Shown here: positions 37,951-48,464 of the stretch, piece after piece | Layout: the number at the start of each line of letters is the position of its first letter | Numbering within the stretch: the stretch's first letter is position 1 | Source of the DNA: a virus | Taxonomy: Duplodnaviria > Heunggongvirae > Uroviricota > Caudoviricetes | Length of the DNA stretch: 64,000 bases | Direction: 5' to 3' (one strand) | IMG/VR virus record: IMGVR_UViG_3300009008_000002 | Made by a program: the position numbers and the translations under genes | The notes under the pieces: model-generated | What the model was told of the DNA's origin: nothing | The model's database searches: none | The model's input: the letters and a program-made list of their open reading frames with translations, nothing else

Positions 37951-38744
37951 AGCGAACTTCCTCTTAGTTTTCTATGATATATACGAATAGGATTTAAAAA
38001 ATCTTTAATCGGGTGTAAAATACTTGCTTTTTTGTAATTTACATCTATATCAGGTCTAAATCTTATTGGAAACTGTTCGTGATAGCCGTGCCACTTCTGA
38101 TCCGCTTCTGTAAACTTAGCAAGCTCATTAACAACGCCGCCGTAATGAGCCGCTAAAGTGGGAAACAGGTGCTCACCGAAATCGTAACCACCCTGCTCTT
38201 CGTAGCCAGGGAAAAACCCCTTTGAAAAATCGTTAGTATAAAAAAGGAACTTATCAAAGAAATCAATCTCAAATAATTTCTTGACAAAATCTCGATGATG
38301 GAACACACAAGCACCAAGTAGATAGTGACTAAATAAAAAATTCGTCTCGAATATACTTTCCAACAATGGGAACTGTATATTCCCAGTTCTGTAGTCATTC
38401 CCCAAACACCATATCTTTTCCTTTTCTGCTGCTTGTAAATATGGCCCAAATCCTGACGATGCTACCAAGCAATCGTATTCCATATAACAATACCAATCAG
38501 CATCAGGGAATATGGTCCCAGCGTGTTTTAAAGCTAGAACAATGTTTCTATATGGGGCACGGTTGCAAGCATGATATAGCCCCTCTAGCTTATGAACTGG
38601 CAATTTCACCTTTTCTAGTTTATGCCAACCGGCACCATCACAAATAACCAACACATCATGGGTCATCCACCGTCTTATGGATTCTAATGTATCGAAGACA
38701 ATTGGCGAGTCATCATGCACATTTAAAATGGCTGCTATTTTCAT
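37947..38744 (-). CDS. hypothetical protein (265 aa), possibly glycosyltransferase-like
   Basis: ORF in glycan island. Confidence 0.35.
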   Translation of the reverse strand: MKIAAILNVHDDSPIVFDTLESIRRWMTHDVLVICDGAGWHKLEKVKLPVHKLEGLYHACNRAPYRNIVLALKHAGTIFPDADWYCYMEYDCLVASSGFGPYLQAAEKEKIWCLGNDYRTGNIQFPLLESIFETNFLFSHYLLGACVFHHRDFVKKLFEIDFFDKFLFYTNDFSKGFFPGYEEQGGYDFGEHLFPTLAAHYGGVVNELAKFTEADQKWHGYHEQFPIRFRPDIDVNYKKASILHPIKDFLNPIRIYHRKLRGSSL

Positions 38745-38807
38745 ACAAAAAAAATTCCTGCTAACTAACTTATTTTAAGTGAGTAACAATATTCAGGAGT
38801 CGAATAA

Positions 38808-39722
38808 ATGAATCCAGAAGAAAAAACAAAGTTGAAAGAATTGTATAGGGTGTTAGTTGATGAAAACGACCCCCAAAAGCTACCCTATCTGCATGTATTG
38901 GGCGACCTTGTAGGTCAGAACACTGATTTCATTGCACTGAAAAGCCTGTTAGCAGGCGATAACTGGCCGCGAGCGGTTGATCCCAACTTGATTTGCGACC
39001 AAGAATCAGAAACAGATAAAATTAGTCGTGCAGAAGGTATTTTAGAACTATTAGTCGAGAAAGACTTAAAAGACAAGAAATTTCTCGATTTCGGATGTGG
39101 GGAAGGTCATGTGCCATATAAGTCACTGGTGCAAGAGCCTACTGTCACGGTTGGTTACGATATTAAAACCAACGACCATTGGACTGAGTTCGGGAGCAAT
39201 GAAAAACTTGTATTCACCGACAAATTAGAAGAAGCAAAAGAACACGCTCCTTATGACGTGATTCTTGTATACGACGTTATCGATCACGTCACAGCAGAGG
39301 AAAGCGTTGCCATTTTAAAACAAGTCCATGAATTGCTTGATGAAAACGGCACGGTTTATTTAAGAGCACACCCCTTCTGCTCACGACACGCCACACACTT
39401 ATATCACAACATCAACAAATCGTTTATCCATTTGGTGTTTTCCGCAGATGAATTGCAACAATTGGGATATGAAGCCCCACCGAATGCTAAAGTTGTTTAT
39501 CCAATCACTCAATACGGCCAGATGTTTGAGCAAGCTGGCTTTACAGTAAGCCACCACAACATTTTAAGAGAGAAGGTCGAACCCTTCTTTTTGAAGAACC
39601 CAGTTGTAAAAGAAAGGGTTAGATTGAATTACGCAAACAGCCCTGATAAACACATTAAAAAAGGTGGTTTCCCTGAATTCCAACTTGAACAACAATTCAT
39701 TGATTATGTCCTAAAGAGATAA
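38808..39722 (+). CDS. class I SAM-dependent methyltransferase
   Basis: KFLDFGCGEGH motif I, VILVYDVIDHV (post-II), NGTVYL motif III. Confidence 0.6.
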   Translation: MNPEEKTKLKELYRVLVDENDPQKLPYLHVLGDLVGQNTDFIALKSLLAGDNWPRAVDPNLICDQESETDKISRAEGILELLVEKDLKDKKFLDFGCGEGHVPYKSLVQEPTVTVGYDIKTNDHWTEFGSNEKLVFTDKLEEAKEHAPYDVILVYDVIDHVTAEESVAILKQVHELLDENGTVYLRAHPFCSRHATHLYHNINKSFIHLVFSADELQQLGYEAPPNAKVVYPITQYGQMFEQAGFTVSHHNILREKVEPFFLKNPVVKERVRLNYANSPDKHIKKGGFPEFQLEQQFIDYVLKR

Positions 39723-39723
39723 T

Positions 39724-40785
39724 ATGTCAAAATCAACAATATACGATCTCCAGATCGTGATGCCAGTAACCTTTGAGGGCAAATATGGTCAAAGGTTGCT
39801 GGATTTTAAAAAGACCGGACTCCTGAATATTAAGGATAAGAAAGTGCTGGTTACTCTGCTCATTGGGCCAGAACGCGCTCCATTTTGGAAAGGCGACTGG
39901 CCCGATGGAGTAGATGTTGAAGCCATTGAGAGTCCACACAAGCAGGAAACCCCAAAAACTTATAGCTATTTCGGCACACTCAAAGCTGAAGATATAAGAG
40001 CAAGATGGATAGCCAAAATTGATGATGACACAATTAATGATGTGTCAAATTGGGTTGATAAACTAGATGAAGAATATGATCATACTAGAGAATATTATAT
40101 CGTCACTGAATTCAGACCAGAACAACATGCCCACGAAGACAACATCTTAAGAGAAATGGGATTTAATCGTTGGTTTACAACCAAGAAATGCGTCATCTGG
40201 CATGAATTAGAAGGATGCGTGGTATCTGAAGCGGCTCTTAGCAGAATAGTAAGCAATGAAACTGCGACCAAATTCATGCAAAAAAGAGCAACCATTCCAG
40301 AGGGCTACAATGACTATGCTCTAGCGTGCGCTGCTCGCATATGTAAGATTTACCCCAGCGATGCATATTTTATGTCAAAACTTCCACAGATTGGGGATCT
40401 CATGTTGTTCGGTGGACACCTTTGCCATATACATGAAATCTCACATGATAGAAACTTCCACTGCTTTGATTTAATACAAAGAATGATGAATGAAGATATA
40501 GGCAGTGAAACAGACATCCATAATGAGGTTGTAGGAAAAGAGTTTGTGTACACAAATGGACATGCGATGCTAATTGTTAAATTAGAACCAAATGGTGTAA
40601 TAAGCGGCCAACGTTCAGATGCTAGAATTTGGCATGTCAAACCAAACGGCTTTTTGGAATTTCTGAGAAGTGATGGCTCGCTGGTTGAAGTGTTTGATAA
40701 TTATGAAAACACAAATTTTATGGAAGGGTATCACGACAAAAACTCACGCCTACCAGGAAAACCTCAACTCAGAAAACTAGCATGA
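39724..40785 (+). CDS. hypothetical protein (353 aa)
   Basis: ORF directly coupled to the upstream MTase. Confidence 0.4.
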   Translation: MSKSTIYDLQIVMPVTFEGKYGQRLLDFKKTGLLNIKDKKVLVTLLIGPERAPFWKGDWPDGVDVEAIESPHKQETPKTYSYFGTLKAEDIRARWIAKIDDDTINDVSNWVDKLDEEYDHTREYYIVTEFRPEQHAHEDNILREMGFNRWFTTKKCVIWHELEGCVVSEAALSRIVSNETATKFMQKRATIPEGYNDYALACAARICKIYPSDAYFMSKLPQIGDLMLFGGHLCHIHEISHDRNFHCFDLIQRMMNEDIGSETDIHNEVVGKEFVYTNGHAMLIVKLEPNGVISGQRSDARIWHVKPNGFLEFLRSDGSLVEVFDNYENTNFMEGYHDKNSRLPGKPQLRKLA

Positions 40786-40801
40786 TTTTATTATATACAG
40801 T

Positions 40802-41464
40802 ATGAAACTGGTTGCATTCTATAATAAATCATATGAGCCATTAAAAAAACGATTTCTCAAGTCCCTCCTTGATGACTTTGAGCTAGATATAGATTTCATT
40901 CCAATAAAAGCAAACGAAAACACGCCAGGAGGAGGTCGTTCAATATGGAAAGCCAGAACAAAATGGACAGCAGACAAAATCCAAAAATACAAAAATGAAA
41001 TAGTATTATTCTGTGATTTGGATATTCAATTTTTCCAGCCAATCAAAGACAATATCCTAGCCTTATTGAATGACAATGATATACTATTTCAAAGAGCCAA
41101 ACCCAATAGAAAACCAATTAATATTGGAGTTATGGTAGTCAAATGCAACAAAAAAACTGAAACTTTGTGGAGGTTAGCGAGCAATATTTCACACTATTAT
41201 AAAATTCAAGACGAAGATATAATAAACACCCTATTAAGCTCTCAAGTAACCAATCCACTTCAAATAAAATATGATTTCCTACCATTAACCTATGCTATCA
41301 CTAATTACATAAATAATTCTACTATTGTTGACTTGATGTTACACCATGAAACATCTACTAGATTTATAGAAAGCAAACTAGAAGTTATGTCCAAAATAAA
41401 AAAAAGATGGGAGAAGGGAATGAGAGAAAAGGAGAGGAAAGTCTCCCGACCGTGCTATTTATAA
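40802..41464 (+). CDS. hypothetical protein, possible nucleotide-sugar transferase-like
   Basis: ORF; FCDLDIQFF resembles GT-A DxD context (weak). Confidence 0.35.
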   Translation: MKLVAFYNKSYEPLKKRFLKSLLDDFELDIDFIPIKANENTPGGGRSIWKARTKWTADKIQKYKNEIVLFCDLDIQFFQPIKDNILALLNDNDILFQRAKPNRKPINIGVMVVKCNKKTETLWRLASNISHYYKIQDEDIINTLLSSQVTNPLQIKYDFLPLTYAITNYINNSTIVDLMLHHETSTRFIESKLEVMSKIKKRWEKGMREKERKVSRPCYL

Positions 41465-42255
41465 ACATTAGCATTTGATACACGATGCACTTTTGGGCGA
41501 GCACTCTTTGGGTTTTCATGTGTAGAATAATCAGAATAATCGAAATCCCCTAAATAATCTGCCTCAATATTGAAATATTCTAAAAAAACCAATTGATTAG
41601 TTATAATTGCTTCCAGATCAAAAGATGAACCCACTCTGCCACTTTGCTTGCTAATCCTCTCATCGTGACAATGGTGCTTATAATATTGAGGACAACAGCC
41701 TATCATCGTAGCTTTTTGAATACCACAAAACCACATAAAATGAATCAATGTAGTAATGCTGCCTGTATGTGCAAAAAGTGATTTTTGCTTGATGATTTCA
41801 TTTTTATCTAAACACCAATTTGGAAACTTTTTTATATCCATAGATTTATTTTTGTACCAATCATCTGGAGTAGAACCAAAAGTGGGAACATAATATAATC
41901 GTTTGACTTCTGGTTTTATGTCTTTTATGGATTTTAACCAAACTGTTTCTGACCATGCTCTCTCAAAATCTAAAAATTTATCAGGATTTCTAAAATAAAC
42001 AAGTGGACAAAGATACAAGGATTTAGAAACTAAACCACAAGCTGGATAGGGAGGGTGATGGGTTACAAGAAAGGATTCATTAACATATTTCTCAAATCTT
42101 ACTGCATCATTTACTAAAAATACAGGACAAGAAAAATCGGATAAATCCCTATAATCAAAAAGTGTAGGGCCAGATGCTACAACTACTGCATTTTTTCCTT
42201 TGAAACAGTCTTTATACTGACTCAACACAGCTACATTAGAGTAATGTTGCAACAT
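41455..42255 (-). CDS. hypothetical protein (266 aa)
   Basis: ORF. Confidence 0.35.
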   Translation of the reverse strand: MLQHYSNVAVLSQYKDCFKGKNAVVVASGPTLFDYRDLSDFSCPVFLVNDAVRFEKYVNESFLVTHHPPYPACGLVSKSLYLCPLVYFRNPDKFLDFERAWSETVWLKSIKDIKPEVKRLYYVPTFGSTPDDWYKNKSMDIKKFPNWCLDKNEIIKQKSLFAHTGSITTLIHFMWFCGIQKATMIGCCPQYYKHHCHDERISKQSGRVGSSFDLEAIITNQLVFLEYFNIEADYLGDFDYSDYSTHENPKSARPKVHRVSNANVYK

Positions 42256-42949
42256 ACCCGTATCTCTTCCGCAAGGCCAGAAACTTCTCTTTCACCTCAC
42301 CATCGGGAATTTCATCTACAGTGAAGTCTTTTTCCCTCTTGCGCATAGTGTTTGTCTTTTTATTGCGAAATGTTATGTCCTGTTTTGGAATATCCAAGAA
42401 TTCAAAAAAGTCATCTTTAAATTCGTCTTCTACCCGCTTGAAATAATAAGGACGATCCTTACAAGCGTCTTCTATTTTTGTATTCCAAATAGTCCAAAAA
42501 CAACAGGCCCTTTCAATAGGGTTTTCATACATGTTTAATTCTGGAACTTGTGCCCACATCCACTCTTCCCACTTTCCATCCTTGTTGAACTTGTTATCTT
42601 CCAATAACTGAAAATAATGCAGGTCTTTCACAAAAGAACTTACGACAGACAACGGCTCCCGCACTACATGGATAACTGGGATACTTTCAATGATTTCATG
42701 CCTCAAATATGGAACCGCCATATAACTGGAATCTGCCACTATGTTTTCTAATTCCAACCACCCTTGGTTATCAGCCACCTTGCTTATCGTAAGGTCTACA
42801 AAACCGTAAGCCCTACCAATGACTTCTTTCTCTTTGTCTTGATTGAAGACGCTTTCGTGACCACATTGAATGCCTAAACTCGTTAAAATACGAGCCATAT
42901 AAACAGTGCCACTTCTGCCAGTTCCAGTTACAATAAATTTGAGTCGCAT
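42236..42949 (-). CDS. sulfotransferase-like P-loop protein
   Basis: N-terminal FIVTGTGRSGTVYM PAPS-binding-like loop; paralog of 44066..44695. Confidence 0.5.
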   Translation of the reverse strand: MRLKFIVTGTGRSGTVYMARILTSLGIQCGHESVFNQDKEKEVIGRAYGFVDLTISKVADNQGWLELENIVADSSYMAVPYLRHEIIESIPVIHVVREPLSVVSSFVKDLHYFQLLEDNKFNKDGKWEEWMWAQVPELNMYENPIERACCFWTIWNTKIEDACKDRPYYFKRVEDEFKDDFFEFLDIPKQDITFRNKKTNTMRKREKDFTVDEIPDGEVKEKFLALRKRYGYVATLL

Positions 42950-42962
42950 ACTTTATTAAAGT

Positions 42963-44069
42963 ATGTTCAAGAAAAAATATGATGTGTTAGTTTGTGGTGC
43001 AGGTCTGTATGGCAGCACTTTCGCTAGAACGGCAGCAGAAGCAGGGCAGAAGGTTCTATTAGTTGAGAAGAACCCATATGTATCAGGGCACACCTTCACA
43101 AAAACAATCGAAGGAATTCCTGTGCATGTCTACGGCCCCCACTACTTTCACACTAATAGTAAAAAAATATGGGACTGGGTGACTCAATTTGGCGAATTCA
43201 ACACATATCAAGCCAAAGTAAAAGCCATGCACCAGGGAAACATCTACTCGCTCCCATTTAATATGATGACTTTTTATCAGATGTGGGGATGTGTGACGCC
43301 AGGGGAAGCAAGACAAAAAATCAAAGAGCAACAAGTTAAAATAGAATCACCCCGAACCCTTGAAGAATTTGCCTTATCTGAAATTGGCAGAGACCTTTAT
43401 AATGTTTTTGTATATGGTTATTCTAAAAAACAATGGGGCAGAGAGCCTAAGAACTTGCCCGCCTCAATAATTAGAAGAATACCTGTCAGATACACATATA
43501 ACGACAACTACCATAGAGCGCGACATGCGGGCGTCCCAATAAGGGGCTACACACATTTAGTAGAAAACATCATAGATCACCCCAACATAGAGCTTCAATT
43601 AAACACCGACTTCTTCGATGTCCCCAAATGGCAACGACTTGCAAAGAAACTGGTCTATTCTGGTCCTGTTGATCAATTGTTTGATTATCAATATGGGAAA
43701 TTAGAATACCGAAGTTTAGAATTTAAGCACGTTGTAGCAGACAGCGAAGATTTTCAAGGCGCAGGCCAAGTGAACTACACCGAAGATGGTGTCCCATATA
43801 CGAGAATATCAGAACACAAACACTTCTATCCTGAAGCTAAATTTGAAAAATCCGTCATCAGTTTTGAATATCCCAAAATATGGGAAGAAGGCATGGAAAG
43901 GTTCTACCCTGTTCCTATCGCAAAAAACCTTGAAACTTGCTATAAATATTCCAAATTAGTAGCTAATGAAAATGATTTAATTGTTGGAGGTCGATTGGGA
44001 ACCTACAAATATCTTGACATGGATATGGTAATAGGCATGGCACTTAAAGATGCCTCTCAAGACAAATGA
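42963..44069 (+). CDS. glf: UDP-galactopyranose mutase
   Basis: N-terminal FAD motif YDVLVCGAGLYGSTFA…GQKVLLVEKNPYVSGHTFT and C-terminal GRLGTYKYLDMDMVIGMAL are diagnostic of Glf. Confidence 0.85.
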   Translation: MFKKKYDVLVCGAGLYGSTFARTAAEAGQKVLLVEKNPYVSGHTFTKTIEGIPVHVYGPHYFHTNSKKIWDWVTQFGEFNTYQAKVKAMHQGNIYSLPFNMMTFYQMWGCVTPGEARQKIKEQQVKIESPRTLEEFALSEIGRDLYNVFVYGYSKKQWGREPKNLPASIIRRIPVRYTYNDNYHRARHAGVPIRGYTHLVENIIDHPNIELQLNTDFFDVPKWQRLAKKLVYSGPVDQLFDYQYGKLEYRSLEFKHVVADSEDFQGAGQVNYTEDGVPYTRISEHKHFYPEAKFEKSVISFEYPKIWEEGMERFYPVPIAKNLETCYKYSKLVANENDLIVGGRLGTYKYLDMDMVIGMALKDASQDK

Positions 44070-44695
44070 AAAGCCATGTGATAATATCAGGCACAGGACG
44101 GACTGGGACTTCTTTTTTGGTAAACCTTCTAACAAGATTAGGGTTAGACACAGGTTTTAATAATGTAAACGGATACCACATAAATTGTAGAGCAGGATTT
44201 GAAAAAGAATTCAAAGAAAAGAATCTCCCCTATATTATAAAAAACCCATATTTCTGCGATTATGCAGAAGACATAATCAGAGATAAATCAATGATTATAG
44301 ATCATGTCTACATCCCCATGAGAGACATAGATGCAGCAGTGGCTAGTAGACAATTTGTAGTAGATAGCTCACAAGATACTCATGGGCATCTCCCGCCCTC
44401 AAAAATACCGGGCGGTTTGTGGGGAACGGATAAAAAAAATGAACAGAAAAACATTCTACTCAACCATTTTTACAAACTACTCTTAGCACTATCGAAAGAA
44501 TCAATACCTGTTACAATCCTAAATTACCCAAAATTGGTGAAAGATGTTAAATATCTCTACAGCAAACTGCAATTTCTAGTGAAAGAGATTGAATATCGAA
44601 AATTTAAAACGGTATTTGAAGAAACCGTAAACCCAAACTGGGTACATTCTTTCAATGAAAAAGATGTCTGTTCTTCCACAAAAATTTATCTTTAA
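44066..44695 (+). CDS. sulfotransferase-like P-loop protein
   Basis: VIISGTGRTGTSFLVNLL N-terminal loop; paralog of 42236..42949. Confidence 0.5.
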   Translation: MKSHVIISGTGRTGTSFLVNLLTRLGLDTGFNNVNGYHINCRAGFEKEFKEKNLPYIIKNPYFCDYAEDIIRDKSMIIDHVYIPMRDIDAAVASRQFVVDSSQDTHGHLPPSKIPGGLWGTDKKNEQKNILLNHFYKLLLALSKESIPVTILNYPKLVKDVKYLYSKLQFLVKEIEYRKFKTVFEETVNPNWVHSFNEKDVCSSTKIYL

Positions 44696-44703
44696 TCCGA
44701 GAG

Positions 44704-45315
44704 ATGCCAATGTTAATTCCAAATAGAGATAAGGTGGGCATCTTAAACAAGTTAATATCCAAATTTAACTACACCAACTACTTAGAAATAGGCATCGATC
44801 AAGCACAATGTATAAGCAACATCACAGCTTCCAAAAAGACAGGCGTTGATCCTTCTCCTGATGTTTTAAAGATGAAACTCAAAAACACCGAATTCATCTG
44901 CGTAACTTCGGATTGTTTTTTCAGTCTCTATCAAGATAAATACGATTTGATTTTTATAGATGGATGCCACTATTACCAACAAGTCTATAGAGATATTGTT
45001 AATTCCATCAATCAACTAAATGCAAATGGCACTATTGTTGTCCACGATTGCAACCCCAAAACAGAGATGGCACAACGAGTTCCTAGACAAAGCAGATATT
45101 GGTCTGGTGATGTGTGGAAAGCAATCGTCAGATTAAGACAAGAACTGACTGATTATGAAATCTTCGTAATAGATGTTGATTGTGGAATAGGCATAATAAG
45201 ACAAGGCAAAAATGAACCATTAATTTTAACGAAACCCATTAATGACTTAACATGGATTGACCTCCATCAGAATAGAACATCCTACTTAAACATCAAACCA
45301 ATTACAGAACTGTAG
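44704..45315 (+). CDS. class I SAM-dependent methyltransferase (Methyltransf_24-like)
   Basis: LIFIDGCHYYQQVYRD and NGTIVVHDC resemble 21970..22581 (IIFDDGSHQVKHQ / PGGVYIIEDL). Confidence 0.5.
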   Translation: MPMLIPNRDKVGILNKLISKFNYTNYLEIGIDQAQCISNITASKKTGVDPSPDVLKMKLKNTEFICVTSDCFFSLYQDKYDLIFIDGCHYYQQVYRDIVNSINQLNANGTIVVHDCNPKTEMAQRVPRQSRYWSGDVWKAIVRLRQELTDYEIFVIDVDCGIGIIRQGKNEPLILTKPINDLTWIDLHQNRTSYLNIKPITEL

Positions 45316-45322
45316 GGGGGAA

Positions 45323-46072
45323 ATGAATAAATTATTAGTAGCATCAGTATATTGCGATTACAGTCACAATGAAGTGTGGAGTCAATTGCAAAAAAAGTTC
45401 CTAACTGAAACAACAGAAGTGGGATATGACTACGCTGTGTACTTAAATAGAGCAAATTCTGCTTTCTTCAAAAAAGACATCATAATAGGCTCCACAAAAA
45501 AAAGAAACAAACGAAGCATCTCACACGATCATGCATCAGGATTAAAACACATACTAGAATATTTTAAAAACTCCCATTACGATTATTGTCTCATTCTTGA
45601 TAGTGATTGTTTTCCTTTTGCCCCCAATTGGTTCTCTAGCATTATAAAAAAAATGGGAGAGTTTGATTTAGCAGCTATGTTAAGACTTGAAGACCTGAGT
45701 GTATACCCACATCCTGCTGCTATGTTCTTTAACCGAAACGCTCTCAATTTTATCTCATTTGAACCATCATTAGTAATGAATTTCTTGAATATTGATTGGC
45801 TAGATGTGGGTGGCCTAATTCCATTAAACAAAACATATCCTTTAATAAGAACTAACAAATACAACCCTCATCCCGTTTTTGCTGGAATCTACGCTGATAC
45901 CTTCTATCATCACGGTTGTGGTTCAAGAAAACCGCACTTTAAATCCCAAGAACACTATGAATACACTAATGAAGACAATGAGAGATTGGAAAGAATAATT
46001 TTCCAATCTCTAATGAGAAATCCCGAAAAATTCATCAAGAGACTAATGAGCAGCAACATCGTTTATATGTAA
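45323..46072 (+). CDS. hypothetical protein (249 aa)
   Basis: ORF. Confidence 0.4.
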   Translation: MNKLLVASVYCDYSHNEVWSQLQKKFLTETTEVGYDYAVYLNRANSAFFKKDIIIGSTKKRNKRSISHDHASGLKHILEYFKNSHYDYCLILDSDCFPFAPNWFSSIIKKMGEFDLAAMLRLEDLSVYPHPAAMFFNRNALNFISFEPSLVMNFLNIDWLDVGGLIPLNKTYPLIRTNKYNPHPVFAGIYADTFYHHGCGSRKPHFKSQEHYEYTNEDNERLERIIFQSLMRNPEKFIKRLMSSNIVYM

Positions 46073-46702
46073 AGCCATCAAATAATCTTCTTGATAATCT
46101 ATGTCTATTGATTCCGGCCATTTTATCTCAAAAAAAATAGGATTGTTGCCATAATAATAGTGGTTTTTAATCATATTCTCTCTAGGTTGAATGAATATAC
46201 CACCATCTTGTTCAAAAATCGGTTCCAACTCAGAGGCAACAGTGTGATTTATCAAAGGTTTGAAATTAAGAGGCTCTTGTCGATACCAAAAATGCCCATG
46301 AACCACTCTGACAGAGAAGAGTGAATCATATTCAGGCGAACTTGCCAACAAATCTATAGCACGATCATAAGTTGAACTTTTGATTAAAGGATTGGTACAA
46401 TGTGCCCATATTATTAAATCAGTTTCAACTGATTCCACTAAATTAGCAATCATTTTGTTTGCAAGTGTATCAGCACGACAATACTTTGCTGGTATTTCTA
46501 AAACCTCTGCTCCAGCAGACTGTGACAACGATAATATTTCATCTGAATCCGATCCAACTACGATTCTATCTATGTTTTTGCAACAACTCAAACATGCTAT
46601 CTTGTGTTCTATCAAAGAACCAGAATCACCAAAAGGCAAGAAGTTCTTATTTTTTAAACGAACACTGTTTTTTTTAGATGGAATAATTGCAGTTCTTTCC
46701 AT
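46043..46702 (-). CDS. acylneuraminate (nonulosonic acid) cytidylyltransferase, NeuA/CMP-sugar synthetase-like
   Basis: AIIPSKKNSVRLKNKNF N-terminal signature of CMP-NeuAc/CMP-Kdo synthetases. Start trimmed to MERTAIIP; its ATG abuts the stop of the upstream synthase gene. Confidence 0.65.
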   Translation of the reverse strand: MERTAIIPSKKNSVRLKNKNFLPFGDSGSLIEHKIACLSCCKNIDRIVVGSDSDEILSLSQSAGAEVLEIPAKYCRADTLANKMIANLVESVETDLIIWAHCTNPLIKSSTYDRAIDLLASSPEYDSLFSVRVVHGHFWYRQEPLNFKPLINHTVASELEPIFEQDGGIFIQPRENMIKNHYYYGNNPIFFEIKWPESIDIDYQEDYLMALHINDVAAH

Positions 46703-46703
46703 T

Positions 46704-47549
46704 TTACTTACCATAAATTCGATGTAAAAGAAATTTTTCCTCCTTTGTATCCATCCCAAATTTAGCATCAAAAGCACAAGAAGGTAAATTTGGCGTTGGA
46801 TTATCAATTTTAATGAGTTTAAATTCCTCCGGCTCAAGACTGCACGATATGTGATGGGCGTAAGAACTCCTGCTGATACAAAAATGTCGCTCAACAAAAT
46901 CTGCTCCCATATTTATTGCTCCATAGGTTCCATTTAATCCACATTCATGCCCCGAATAACCTATTTTAATTCGTTTACTGCCGAAATATTTCTTCAACAC
47001 CCTAATGTTACCCAATCGCAGTTCTTCGTCAGGACAAGGATAAATAGCTACACAGTGATTTATAATGATTTTATTTTGTTGGGCAAACAAATCAAGCACA
47101 TTTTCAATATGCGATAAATCCAAACCAGCCAAAGAAACTACCAGAGTTTTTTCTTTCGGAATCAGCGATTTCACAGCACTCAAAAATTGAGCATTACTTG
47201 CATTAATAGATGAAATCTTATACATTGGCAAGTCAAAATCTAACATAAATTCAAAAGATGCAATATCCTGTGCTGTTACAAACCATTTAGCGCCAAGCTC
47301 TTGACACCTTTGATCAAATTGCAAAAATTCATCTTTGCTAAACTCAAACATACTTCTGTATTCTCTGTATGTCTTGCCATATGGGCTTTTATATGCAGAA
47401 TTTAACTCCTCATTGCTGTAAAAACCTTCAATGTCTTTCTTTTGTAATTTAATGTAATCCGCACCAGATGACACTGCTGCTTCCAACATCCTTAATGATA
47501 ACTTAAAATTACCCAAATGATTGGTTGTAAATTCCGCTACTGTTTTCAT
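46704..47549 (-). CDS. N-acetylneuraminate (nonulosonic acid) synthase NeuB-like
   Basis: NHLGNFKLSLRMLEAAVSSGADYIKLQ, KISS, HCVAIYPCP, IGYSGHE are conserved NeuB/PseI/LegI family motifs. Confidence 0.8.
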   Translation of the reverse strand: MKTVAEFTTNHLGNFKLSLRMLEAAVSSGADYIKLQKKDIEGFYSNEELNSAYKSPYGKTYREYRSMFEFSKDEFLQFDQRCQELGAKWFVTAQDIASFEFMLDFDLPMYKISSINASNAQFLSAVKSLIPKEKTLVVSLAGLDLSHIENVLDLFAQQNKIIINHCVAIYPCPDEELRLGNIRVLKKYFGSKRIKIGYSGHECGLNGTYGAINMGADFVERHFCISRSSYAHHISCSLEPEEFKLIKIDNPTPNLPSCAFDAKFGMDTKEEKFLLHRIYGK

Positions 47550-47609
47550 TTTAAATCTCTCAACAGACAGACCACCCCTACTATATAAAATACTAGGAAA
47601 ATCAAGAAA

Positions 47610-48464
47610 ATGATCAAAAATTACCTATTTAACACACATCCCACCATCATCCATAGCCCAGGCAATAATGGTTTTTTCAAGGATATTGTGCTAGAATTTC
47701 GCAACACTCGACAAAGAAACAAAAAAACCCCCGTTGAGGACTGTGAAGTTTTCACTTGGAACAATAGAGGTCGTCCAGGCGTATTGGAAAAAAGTTTAGA
47801 AAAACTAGGGTGCCCATATACTGTAATGGGAGGGAAAATAGCAAAATCACTGTGGAAAAATATATTCAAAGTCTATCTTACTGTCCGATTCTTAAAAACC
47901 GTCAAAACAAAGTATGTAATGGGAATAGATTCATTTGATGCTATCTTCACGAAACACCCCAACCATGCACTTGAGTTGTTTAAAGAATTCAAAAAACCAC
48001 TGATATTCAACGCAACAACAGCGCCTAACCTCACCATAACTAAACAAATGAGAGATTGGGAAAAGACACTATACCCCAATCAATTAAATGGATTTCTTAA
48101 TGCGGGAGCTTGGATTGCAGAAACACAATACGCCAGAGAGTTTTTTCAAAAAGTCTTAGAAAAAAGTCGCCACAGAAAAAAAACCATCAACAAACACGCA
48201 AAAAAAGGCACGCTCATACAGCCACCTAACCGACACCCTAACTTTTTGAAGAACCCACTTTTAAAAAATAGATACATACAATTCCTGAGCCAAAGCGAAC
48301 AGTTAATTGTTAAGTGGGTTTTTAAAGAAACATATCCAACAGTAAACATAGACACCAAACAAAAAATAATGGCCTGTCTAAATATGCCTGAATATTACCC
48401 AGTAAAACTGCGGCAAGATTTTGGACTTAAAATATTAAAACAAAACAAGATTCGCTTTTTTTAG
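47610..48464 (+). CDS. hypothetical protein (284 aa)
   Basis: ORF. Confidence 0.4.
   Translation: MIKNYLFNTHPTIIHSPGNNGFFKDIVLEFRNTRQRNKKTPVEDCEVFTWNNRGRPGVLEKSLEKLGCPYTVMGGKIAKSLWKNIFKVYLTVRFLKTVKTKYVMGIDSFDAIFTKHPNHALELFKEFKKPLIFNATTAPNLTITKQMRDWEKTLYPNQLNGFLNAGAWIAETQYAREFFQKVLEKSRHRKKTINKHAKKGTLIQPPNRHPNFLKNPLLKNRYIQFLSQSEQLIVKWVFKETYPTVNIDTKQKIMACLNMPEYYPVKLRQDFGLKILKQNKIRFF

Noticed and set aside
46703-46897. N-terminal 65-aa extension of the NeuA-like ORF
   Set aside because: It overlaps the 3' end of the NeuB-like gene in another frame; the conserved cytidylyltransferase N-terminus begins at MERTAIIP.
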